A DNA stretch of 64,000 nt, from positions 23,696,954-23,760,953 of the forward strand of contig CP154954.1 in NCBI GenBank assembly GCA_039621445.1. Reading direction: 5' to 3'. The DNA comes from Euglena gracilis (taxonomy: Eukaryota). The first letter of the stretch is position 1. Each line of letters opens with the position of its first letter. Of the stretch, positions 43,991 to 55,140 are shown in pieces. A program made the translations under genes and the position numbers. The notes below the pieces were generated by a model. The model had not been told where the DNA came from. It saw only the letters and a list, made by a program, of their open reading frames with translations, and searched no databases.

Positions 43991-45734
43991 ATCAACCAGG
44001 TCTTGGGGTATACAATATTTATAACCAGAATCATTCCGGAAATAACCCGCAATGGTGATAGAGAGTAATTCTCCATGGATTCACCATTACGAAGTCTATT
44101 CACAATGGTACTATATATAGGATCACGCGAATAATCCCATTCGCGGAAAAATAGGGGGGTAGGAGTTTCCATACGCGTAATGCGACGGGGTCCGGCAGTG
44201 CGTCCACGCCGGCGCCTTCCACGCAATGGTGAAATGGCGATGCTGCGATATACCCGGGAAACAGGTAGTGCATCGAGCATGTTGTCCGCAGCGTCGGATC
44301 GACGTGCGAACTGGTCAGTCTCATGGCTGCCATGAAAAGTCGCATCACCCTCATCCGGGTTCCCAGGATAATACCAGGGAGCTCGGCTGAGAGGATCCGC
44401 TACTTTCTGTGTATGACCTGGGGTATAGATAACCACCAGGTTAAACTGGATCAAGAACTCATGCCATCGGCATCTTCTGCCCACTGATGACATGGCCTTG
44501 TTTAGGTCCTCGGTATACCAGTGTTGAAGGCTCTCATGATCCGTCAACACGAGTATCTGGACCAAGCTGCTGGCTATCCAGCTGCGGAATTTCTGGAGAA
44601 TAAGCACAATGGCATATGTCTCCTTTTCGCGAATGCTCCATTTAACCTGTCCTTTCCCGTTGTCGCCCTGTAGCTTCCTGCTGAAGAAAGCCACAGGTCG
44701 GAGCTCATTCGCCGCATTATGCTGGCTAAGAACCCCGCCAACAGCGTAATCGCTGCTGTCGACCTCCAGGACATACGGTTTATATGGATCCGCGATATCG
44801 AAAACCACGTTCTCGAGCAGCAAGTCCTTGATTTTATTCAAGGCCTCGCGCATTTGATCATCCCAAATGATTTTTGCGTTATCGGGTGTCCGATTTTTGA
44901 GCTGTCGGGTTTGGGGTACCGCGATTTTCGCGAAATCTTTCATGTAAATCGCGTAATATTGGGCTAATCCCAAAAATCCCTTTAAATGTGTTAAGGTCTT
45001 AATGACCTCAGGAGTCCATTTCTTAATGGCCTCCATCTTACTGGGTGCGGCTTTACGCTTCTCGTTGCTCAGTATATGCCCGCAAAACTTAATATTTTTG
45101 CGAAACAGGTGCATTTTGGAACCCTTCACAAAAAGCACATTCTTTTGGAACGCGGATAATACCGCGCGCACATCGCGATAATGCGGGTCGAGGATATCCT
45201 CGCCCGATTTCGCGGATGGCGGTTGGGTTCCCACCAGTACATCATCGATGTACACCAGAGCAAACGGTAAATCGCGCAAAACCCACTGGATCATGCGTTG
45301 AAACATGGCTGGGCCATTCTTAACACCCATGGGGAGTACCGTCCATTGGTACACACCCTTGGATGTCACGAATGCCGTGTACGGTTGCGAATCAGGATGC
45401 AAATGCATCTGATGGAAACCGTCTTCCAGATCGAAGATTGACCACAACCGGTTATCCGATTGTTTGGTGATCAAATCCTCGATCAGCGGTAACGGGAAGG
45501 GGTCATCCTCCGTTTGGGAGTTCAGGTACCGGTAATCCAGCACTAGTCTCCACTTCTTCTGACCAGACTGGGCAGCGGGTTTGGGCACCACAAAAGCCTG
45601 TGATGTCCATTCGCTCTTGGAAGGGATAATCCACTTCCGCTGGATGAGCTTCTCAATCAATCTTGTTCGCGTTCTCCCGAACAACGGAAGAATTTCCGGT
45701 GCATGGGTTTAGCGCCATCCTTGAGCTCGATTTT
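43984..45734 (-). pseudogene. pol: Element A reverse transcriptase-RNaseH (Ty3/gypsy)
   Basis: WRLVLDYRYLN, FDLEDGFHQ, LPMGVKNGPAMFQ, VYIDD, EVDSSDYAVGGVL, EKETYAI and TDHESL. Confidence 0.95.
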
Positions 45735-45949
45735 TCAAACACCGAACGGGCCGCGAATCGCGGGGTCGATGTCGCAGGCGTAAACTGGGTTATCCAGTAC
45801 ACCATGAAATTCGCGAGTAATTCGCGAACAATAGTCAGCAGACTTGGGGTGTTGGTCCGCACTCTCAATGACCGCAGAAATCTGCGTTGAGGGTGTGGCA
45901 TCCCCATCCGTACCAAGGTATCTTGGCAGACGCAAATCGGATATTCCGA

Positions 45950-46355
45950 ATGCGTCAAAGAAACAAACGCGAAAAATGATTTCTTTAACAGGTGGTAATA
46001 ATATACCACAAAAATCCTCAAATAGTGGTACATCAGTGGGTAAATCCCACCAATGAAAGCACACATAGGATAGTTGGTGAAACCAATCCGCATTCGGATT
46101 GACGGGTATGAGGAGAGCTCCTCGCGATTCATCGCGGAGGATTTTCTCCACCACATCCAGGATAAGTTTCGGGGGAGGGTGCATCCAGAGCACCGTATCA
46201 CCCCAAAATTTCAGAAACGCGTTGGAATGTCGCGACCAATATCGCGACAAGCGCGCATGCGCTTTTGATGAAAACGCATCAATTTTCAACGACAAATCGA
46301 AGGAATCAGCCACAACCGCGATTTTGGAGAACCATTCCTCCAAAATACGGTATTG
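45950..46355 (-). CDS. Dam/DIRS-like amino-methyltransferase domain inside gypsy Pol (between PR and RT)
   Basis: IDAFSSKAHARLSRYWS..NAFLKFWGDTVLWMHPPPKLILDVVEKI...ALLIPVNPNADWF aligns motif by motif with DLFAS..N.KLP.F..DA...LYANPPW..I....MVTP.W....WW of the DIRS MT at 24138-24372. Confidence 0.8.
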
Positions 46356-47244
46356 ACCAAAATTAAATGCGTTCCATACACGCATCGCGTAGGTGTCGAC
46401 CTGGTTCGCGGGTTGAAGAGCGGTAACGCAATTCAGGGATCCGCAAACATAAGTCAAGGGTGTGTCATCCACACTCCCGAGGGGCATTCCCAAGGGTTGA
46501 TGGGTTGGATGGGCGCATACCCAGTCCATATCATGCCAGATGGAGGTGGGGGAGGTGTGTGACACGGGTTTCGCGGTCCCAAACAACAAGGCAATACCTC
46601 GTTGTTGGGGCACTTGATGTACGGTCGCGCATTGCGATCCGCAACCAAGTGTATGGTTACGCGAAATCGGGATTAGTGTTGGTGTTTGGACTAGACATCC
46701 ACAATCGAAATCTGGCAGGGCGGAAATTCTCCTACAGTGCACACATTGGTAGGAAGTATCGGAGTAGTGCTCCTGGTCGCGCATGTTGGTCTGGTGGGGG
46801 TGTGTGTAAAAGTTGGGATGCGCTTTTGAAGCTGCTGGGGGGTGTACAGATGTATCTGAAAGCGATACATCTGGTGGAAAACGGGGTATTGATGCAGCTG
46901 GGCGACTACTCGACACCGTGATCACTTCAGGCCTTTGGGCTTTCGTCTTGTAACCCAGTGGAACGAGAGGGGTACCGCTACTCGCTTGCCCTGCCTCATG
47001 GGGACCGGAAGTTGGTGTGTCAATGGGCAGAGGGTGAACTTTCTCGGTACACCCGGCGTGGAAAACGTTGGTTGGTGTTGTTGGTAACGGGGTAAAATTT
47101 CGTGAAAACGGTGGAAAAATTGGTGGTCATCGCGGTTGACGCCACAGGTGATGAAGGTTTGGGGGGCAATGAAGAGAATGGTGATGTGCGCAAACCGTGG
47201 GAGTGGCAATCCACTACCAGCCGGTGCTGACGTAAAAAGGGGGA

Positions 47245-47646
47245 TCACAGAATTACGTCAGAACCATGGATTCCAGATTCGTATCCCCAGGTATCCGGAA
47301 AATTTTGCGGTTGGGGGGTGTGTGAGTGGTGCTTGGGGATGAGGGGTAGGACAATGTCCAAAAAGCATCCCAAGTCACCACCGCACATGGGGGTGTTGTC
47401 AGCCGTCGTAATTTTGATCGGCTTCTTGGCTTTCACCAAGAGGGGGGTTGGTATCAACCCGAACCGAAAAAGTAGTGCAATGCGACAACCAGTGTCAATG
47501 AGAATTTTGACTTTTGCACAAAAATTTTGGATTTTGATTTCCGCTTGGACCAAAAGTTCCATGGGGGGTAAGCAAAGTGAAGGGTCTGGCGAAAATACGT
47601 TTTCTTGCCAGCTTTCCCACGAACCCTTTCCTACTTTGCACAACAT
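47245..47646 (-). CDS. Element A aspartic protease
   Basis: VKILIDTGC...IHGSDVIL. Confidence 0.85.
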   Translation of the reverse strand: MLCKVGKGSWESWQENVFSPDPSLCLPPMELLVQAEIKIQNFCAKVKILIDTGCRIALLFRFGLIPTPLLVKAKKPIKITTADNTPMCGGDLGCFLDIVLPLIPKHHSHTPQPQNFPDTWGYESGIHGSDVIL

Positions 47647-50600
47647 TCCGAGCGGAAAGTTGGAGTGGGGGGTGGGGGACCCGAAAATTTTCTGGGTACC
47701 GACCAGAAAGGCAGATGGGCAGGGAGGCAGGGTTGATCAGGTCCAACCTCCATCGGTTCATCAGCCCAGAGGTCCGTGCCCTCGGACCTCGGGCTCCCCC
47801 ACTCCAGGTCCGAACCGGCCGAATAGCCGGCTATGGGCCTTTTAGAGCTATAAACAGATTTCAACGTGCGCACCGCCATGCGGGCCTCGTCGAAATCGGT
47901 ATCCGTGGTCTCATCCCCCTCCCTGCCCGAAGCCGGGGTGTCATCCTCCAAACAAGATATCCTGAAACCGTTTTTATGGCGGTTGGAGGAGTGACCCATG
48001 TCACCGCGATTCATACCGCGAAGACGTTGGCCAGGGCGGGGAGAACGAGAACGCGGACGTTTGGACGAGTGGTGATCACTCGATCCACACATCGAACACC
48101 GAGATTTGTGTCGCGATTCTGGGTAACGGGGGGATCGATTTCCCGATTTCCTGTCAAACCGTCGTGGTGACCGGATATCCCGTCTATCGGGGTTTTCCCG
48201 ATGAGGATCGCGAAGAAGATGATCCGCTTCGCGAACGCGATCGCGATGTCTCGCGATGAGAATCACGCTTCTTGGCCGGTGCACCGGGAGACCTACCCCG
48301 AGGGGTACCGTGTTTCCGCTCATCGCGGAACGGGATCCGGGGGCTAACACCACCGGAACGGGGACCCGATGACCGTGAAATGCCCGATTGGCGTGAAAAC
48401 GCGGAGGAACCCGAACCCCGTGATGAGGTCGAGCCTCGCAGACTCTGGATACGCTTACGTGCTTCAGGATTAGGACATTCTCGAGACATATGTCCCGATT
48501 TGTTGCACAAAAAGCACACTTTATCCGTGGCTTGGTCCGAAGAACGCGGGTATCGCGTTTTCGATCCCGCGGTTGGTGAAGTGGGTGAAACCGGTGATTT
48601 TTGCAATGCGTTCACCGAACCAGCCGGTAATCCAGCGGTTGGGTGTGCGTTATACGCAGATTGAATCTGACCAAGAAGATGTGGTAGTTTCAGTTGCTTG
48701 GAAACGTAGTTCCAGCGTTGGTCAAGAGTCATTGGATGACTCGCCAAATCCTCACGGTGGATATCCTTGATGAGGCTAGGCGTGAAATGCATGAGAACAG
48801 CGTCAAACTGTTTGCACATTTCCTTTTCACTGAGCTCATCCACTTCAGCGGCAAGTCCCAACCATTTGGCATACCAAAGGTCAATGGACTTCCACTTGTG
48901 ATCGGGTGGGGCGCATGGCCGCCACTTGGTCTCTAGGGTAATCCTAGCGACCAAACTTGAACTGGTGGAACCGTATTGCTCCACCAGGTCATCAAAGGAA
49001 ACGCGGTAGCGAATCACGAGTTGTCGCGCGCGTTCCTTCTCATCCCTTGGGAGGCAATCGATGAATTCCATCTTGATCACCTCGGGGTTTGTGTCCTGGG
49101 TTGGCCCTTTCAATGCCCAGTAATACTCCCAGTCCCGGAAAAACTGTCTCCATGTGGTTGGATCACCGTCCCATTGGGGTTTCACCTTATTCGCGATTGC
49201 GATGGTGCCCTTGAAGTCTTTCTGAGAAACCCAGTGACCCTCGGTGGTATTCCGCGGTTTTGGGCCTGGGTACGCTCGAGCACCAAGCGTATCCTTTCCG
49301 GATTCTTGTCGGAATCGTGAAATTTCTGGTGAAGGTGAATCCTGGTACCAGAAATCCGGCCACAAACCCTGTTGGTCTCCCGTAATACGGGGACTCTCCG
49401 GTGTGGGGGTATGTCGCGCATGCAACATGTGACCCACTCCCGGTGTACGGGTTTGGCTCATTCCACGCACAAGCATGGAATGATGGATTTCTTGGTGGAG
49501 ACTTGGCGGAATCGCCGTGTTTTCCGAAAATTCGGTTCCCGTAATGGGAAATTCATCCGAAAACTGAGTTTGGGATGTGGACAAGGCCAATGGTGGCACA
49601 ATTTGCGGAAGCGCGGATTGTGACACTCGGGACACGGGTGGTGGTGGTGCAGGTGCACCCAGTGCCTGGTTATGAAAACGCGACTCTGGAACATTTGGCG
49701 CATCTTCGGCAATGCATACTGCCGAATTGCGGTGTGAAACCTGCTGTTGGTTGGACACATTATCCAAACCCACAGACAAGTCATGCACACTTTGCTCCAA
49801 ATGCTCAACGAGTTGGAGTTGGCCGCAAATACGGTCAACTTCATCCTCCAAAGCGCGAATACGCTTGCGGTAACGGGAAAAGTCATCCAAGTGCGGAATC
49901 CTTTCGGAAATTCCGGTAACATCTTGGACAAGTTTCCCGTGAGACTTATCCAATAATTGGAGTTGTCCCATTAATGCTTTTACAGCATTTGACAGAATCT
50001 GCAAAGGTGATGTTACCTTGGTTGGTGTGGTGGTGGGTGCAACCGGTGCGGGGTTATCCGACAACACGGTTGTGGTACCCACGGGCAAATTTCCGGGTTG
50101 TGGCTTATCCAAAAACGCGGAAATTCGCTCATCCAACCTGGTAATCTCACTTTGCGTGGATCGGGCATTCCGATTCACCGATTCCTCAAGCCGTAATAGG
50201 CTGTTGCAGAAATCTTGCAAGGTTTCCTGATTGTTAGTGAGCATTTTGTCATAAAATGCCTTAAAATCAGGGTTCTCGGTAATCAGTTATCCCGGATTAC
50301 CTGCAGAAAAAGACTGCATTTCCGTCACTTTGGTAGAAACCGATGCATACCGGGTCTGGAGTTCCCCAATAGCAGTCTGAATACCGCTAATGTCCGGAAC
50401 TCGGTGGGAAAGGGCGGAATAGCTTTGTTGCAAATCCGCAATGGCCGAGTTAATCCCGCCAATGTCGGATTGCAACTGCAACTGCAGGGAATCCTGCCGT
50501 TGTGCTACTTCCGCGACTTTCGTGCTCAGATTGGATAATCCAACCCGATTTGCGTCACAATAGCAGGTTTTCTGCTCCAAACGGGAAAGTCGCTCCTCCA

Positions 50601-51766
50601 ACTGCCGCACATACGTGTGGGGAGCAAAATTCTCGTTGGCTTGTGACTGGAATTGCGGAAACTTTTCCATTTTATCGCACAACTGCATAATGCGGTGTTG
50701 CGATTCATGGAAAGTTGCGGACAATGTGGTGAAATGGTCCATAGACACAAATCCACCACTGCTGGATGTTGCAGACGAGGAATCTCGTGCATGCAACTGT
50801 TGTTGCAAATGCGACAACGCGGATGAACAGGACTCCATTTGTCCCGATAAATATTGTAGTGAGTCATGCAAGTGCAGAAACTTGGAGTCATTCCGGTTTT
50901 CTGCTTCATGCATGCATTCACTAATTTGCCGGAAGTTTTGCGGGAGTTGTTGGCACATTTTGTCAAAGGTTTCCCGAAAGTTTGCAAGGTCAATACCGGC
51001 ACTTTCGAAATTCCTCTGGCAATATTTGCCAACTTCCTGCAAGTAATTCCAGCAGTATTTCAGCTTGGTGAAGACATGTTTTTGGTTGTCCTCATCAAAC
51101 TGGAGCACTTTGTTGAGTGCGGTTGCACAATCTGCAACACATTGTTGCACATGGTTGAACTGCCTCACAAGGGGGTGATCCCCTGGAAGCCGAGCAACGA
51201 TATCCTGCACATCCTCAGCAGTGAGGAGCTCCCCAGTGCCCTTCCCATAGCCATCCATGGGTTGGGACGTACCAGAGAATTCTGGTACCACTAGGCGAGT
51301 CTCCGGTTGCCAAGGTAATGCGGGATAGCACCCAAGATCGGGTGGTGGTGGCAAAGCTCTGTAAGGGCTTGCCGGTGGAAGAACGGGTGGTGGTTGAAAG
51401 AAACACGGGGTTTTCCAGCCCACCATCACCAGAGAAGCCCGGTGGCGGAATCACCACGGGTCTCTCCGGTGTGCGCAACTGCACCATTGCCGCAGACAGA
51501 GGCGAATACCCCCGTTGTGGCAAGGTGAGTGCGGAAGAGGCCGCATTAGCCTCTGAAGCCAATGATGTGGAGGGCGCATCGCCGACCACTGTCAATGATG
51601 ACAAATGTTGCAACCTTGACAATTGAACCAATTGTGCCTCATCGGCGTGGGAACTGGAAGCACTTTCACATAAAAGCTTCCAATCCCCATTTTCTTGGTC
51701 AATGTCTTGCAATGATTCCTGTAATAAGGCATAATTGAATTGATGGTTGGGGCCTGTGCTTTGCAT
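47631..51766 (-). pseudogene. gag: Element A Gag (frameshifted; coiled coil, capsid-like, CCHC)
   Basis: ORFs 51215-51766, 50287-51429, 48184-50244 and 47631-48353. Homologous to B Gag; contains CFLCNKSGHMSREC. Confidence 0.88.
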
Positions 51767-51954
51767 CTTTCTGATGACAAAAACAGTAAAAACCCAGAAA
51801 ACTAAGCAGTTGTGCTGGCACCAGAGGGGCTGTAACGGGTAATACCGTACAGAGCCTTCCGGGGCCTGCTCGTCTGCTTAGACGTTGACTAGAAGCCGGG
51901 AGCTGACGCTGCTACCGTGTAATAACGGTGCAGGGGCCCTCCGCTGCCACTCAG

Positions 51955-52120
51955 CGTAGGATCGAACCAACCTGCTACCAAGTGTAATACTTGATAGCGT
52001 TTCTTTCTGTATGGGCTGTATGTGTAGGATCGTGACCTAATCTGCTACCAAGTGTAATACTTGATAGCGTTTCTTTCTGTATGGGCTGTATGTGTAGGAT
52101 CGTGACCTAATCTGCTACCA
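51955..52120 (-). promoter_or_regulatory. Element A primer-binding region: three tandem TGGTAGCAG sites (70-bp duplication)
   Basis: CTGCTACCA ends at 51980, 52050 and 52120 on the + strand. Confidence 0.85.
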
Positions 52121-52429
52121 AGTGTACGTCTGATTCCCAATTCCCCTTTCCCAATTCCCAAAAGCCTTCGCTTTCGCCTTGGCGCACATACTTGGGAACT
52201 GAAAATCAGAGTAACAGAAAATCCCTTTTTCCCACTTCCCAAGAAGCAAAGCACAGAGCAATGCAGGGAGGACGGACTGGATATCCAAGTCCGGTCCGGA
52301 GAAAAGGAAGGAATAAGAATATAAAAGAATACCACCTGTGGAGAGAGAAGGGGCACCCATTAGAAAATCCTAATAGGATCTGCTTCCATCCTAACTTCCT
52401 CAACGGAAGGGGACAGAAGCATACGCCTG
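52121..52429 (-). repeat. Element A 5' LTR (outer 7 bp missing)
   Basis: Repeat of 26564-26872. Confidence 0.92.
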
Positions 52430-53262
52430 CAACACCACTGGAAATCTGGGGGGGGGTGCTGTGGCCCCCCCTTTTCCACCTGAGAGGGGCTGTTGTGTAA
52501 GATAAATTGGGGGGGTCTGACAGACCTTTTCTGCCCCTTCCTGAGGGGATTTGCTTGTAAAACTGGCCCCCCCATGGCCCTTGTAGTGGTGACCTCCTTG
52601 GCCTTGATTCCATCTCTCCAGCCTTTGGCCAATTTGTGCACAGGCGACTGGGCGCCTTTGGGAGAAATGCCCTTGATATGTGGGCTTTGGATGTCCAATT
52701 CTGCAGCATTTTGGGCCTCGATGGCCCATTCTTTGCCCACCAGGGGCTGGGGCTTACTTCTTTTATCTGGGCACAGTTGTCCAAGGACCGTGGCCGTCAC
52801 TGGGTGGGGGGTTTGGGCTGGCAAATTTCTGGGGTGGGGGTCTGGGTGGGAAGAACGGCCACATTTTGCCACGTGTAGACCGAGGCTCCCAGTTCTCCAG
52901 CTGCTGCTGCCACTGCTCCAGGACGTCCGCGGCGATGTAATTCCAATTCCATTTCTATTGCATTGCTCATTGAAGTCAAAGTTGAATTTTGATACGTGAC
53001 TTTTTAGTTGCTATTCGTCTGGTTCCTGTCCTTCTGGATATTGAATTGATATTGACTTCTTTTCTTGGTTCTTCTTCGTTCGTGAACTCTTTTCCTTTCT
53101 CTTGGGTTTTCGAAGGGCATTTTAAGAATCAGCCAACTCCGGCGAAAAAAACACACTCAGCGGGACCTCCTAACCCAGCACACCAAAACAATCACAGCAA
53201 ACCGCCGGCGAGCAAAGCATGGCCTCACAATGACGAAGTGCGGAGCCCGAGGTGTCTCAGGA
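52430..53262 (-). mobile_element. 5' part (head and gag-like ORF start) of the DIRS-like element interrupted by A
   Basis: Begins with a duplicate of 26529-26563. The head motif GACACCTCGGGCTCCGCACTT is inverted relative to a similar motif at 23040-23090. Homologous to 60572-60951 and 60952-61758. Confidence 0.7.
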
Positions 53263-53559
53263 GGAAGTGGACATGAAGGCAAGAGGGCAAAAGCAAAGTG
53301 AACTGCGAGACCTCGTTTTTTTCGTCCAAATGCTCGTCATGTGTTTTGTGTTCCCTTCCTTCTGTTGAAGACCTTTGGCTCCTTGGAGCTGCTGATAATG
53401 TTCGTGGACTGGGGTGGCGCAGCCGTTCGCTACTGACCAAAGACGGCACTAAGGGCTCTCCAAAGTAAGGCAGCACGTTGTTTGCCTTTTTTTTAAGGGC
53501 GAATGTGTTCAGGAAAGTTTTGATTTAATCCTTTAGAGCCTTTTGCCGCCAGCTAGGAT

Positions 53560-55140
53560 GCTCTAATCTTTGCCCTTGTGAGACCGTGCCTTGGTCGCTG
53601 GCGGCGCTGTTTGGATTGCTTTGGCGCGCCGGGTTAAGGCATCCCGCTTGGTGCCTTTGTCGCCGGAGTTGGCTGACTCTAATTTTACCCTTTGATGACA
53701 AGAGAACAGGAACAGCAATGCCAGCATGAGATGCGCGTGCGGAACTTTAAGTCAGAAATTGATGAATTTTGTTTGAAGTGTCTCAATGAAAGAATCAGTT
53801 TCCAAGACTAACAGCCCCGGAAATCCTCAAGAGGGAGCAGCAGTAGCAGCTGGACTACCTGGCGGCGCGACTGTGGCGAACCTTGGCTGCCCCTTCCCAC
53901 CAAAAAATGTCACCAAAAGAAAAATCAACAACCCAAACGTCGCAATGGACCCCGGCAGACAATGGTCAGAAGACCCCGAAAGGGTACGGGGTGACATCTC
54001 GGGCTCCGCACTTTGCCCGTGTCAGGCCCTGCCTTGTTTGCTGGCGGTGTTGTGTGATTGTTGCTGTGTGAATGTCAATTGAAATGTTTACAATTTCAAT
54101 TTCTCACAATCTCACAAGGACTTTGTTTATTGGCCTTCAATGTCCCTTCCTCCCCTGTCTGTTTTCCTCGAGAAAGTACGTAACAGCCAGCAGGCCTGTG
54201 AAGTCAGAGCCATGTGGGGCAACATTTCTTAACACAACATACATCCAAGCGGGGCAATGCCAGCCAAAACTTCATAGGCAATGACGTAAAAAAAAAGCCG
54301 CGACGGCACGATCCCTAGGGCTCCGCACTTCCCTTATGTGAGGTCATGCATTTTTGCCGGCTGTCTTTGTGTTTGATGTTGTTGGGCTTCTCCTCCTTAT
54401 TGCCTTTTTTTGCCGGAGCTGGCGGTTCCTATTTGTCCTTCGACATGGAGAAGATCACTTTATTTCTGACAAGCGGAGATGAAATGGCAGTCCAACTGAT
54501 GTGTAACGTGCTATCCTTATCGCCAGAAGTCGTCGTCGCATTTTTGGGGGCGACCGTGGATGTGGTGGTGAGTTTAATCAACAAAGCGCACAACTGCGAG
54601 ATACCACAACGTGCACAGTCAGCGTTGAGCGCCCAACTGGAGCCGCCATGGTGGCAGCGTCTCTGCAGGATTATTTTAAGTGCAACATGTACTCAATCGC
54701 CCTTGCCTGCGAGGCGGACCCCGGAACGCACTTCGAGATGACGGACCGCCAAGCCGAAGTGGCGTTCGAACTGTGCCGGGTGTGGATGGAGGCAGCTGGA
54801 CGAGATCTACCACCAGCAGCCGCTGCACAAGTTGCAGCGGCGGCGGCGGACCGATGAATGCCGTCTGGCACGGAAGCGACCGCGATCGACGAGGAGTTGG
54901 AGATTCCGCAGAAGACGAGAAATAGCCCGCTGGCATGGGATCCAGCGGATGTGCCTCTGCCGGCCGACCTGGCGGCCGTATATCATCGTTTGTCCGAAGG
55001 TCTGTAGCAAGTTGATGCCAGAGCCCTCTTGGAGTAAAGTGCAAGGTGGATCTAAATAACCATCGCCAAGACGACGCTGACCAGGCAGACAGGGTGCCAC
55101 GTCAAGTGCAACAGAAGTTGCTGGGGTTGCAGCGGGTTTA
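53560..55140 (+). mobile_element. Several truncated 5' ends of the YR family, the last followed by a divergent broken ORF (54346-55100)
   Basis: GGGCTCCGCACTT head motif at ~54000 and ~54318; GCCGGAGyTGGC motif at ~53660 and ~54410. Confidence 0.55.

Larger units (their letters stand above)
26564..52429 (-). mobile_element. Element A: Ty3/gypsy chromovirus-like LTR retrotransposon with a methyltransferase domain and an extra 3' ORF region (contains nested element B)
   Basis: Near-identical LTRs at 26564-26879 and 52121-52429, PBS, PPT, and gag-PR-MT-RT-RH-IN-chromodomain order. Confidence 0.93.

Noticed and set aside
51955-52120. tRNA gene
   Set aside because: Only a T-arm and acceptor 3' strand are present, so this is a PBS rather than a cloverleaf.
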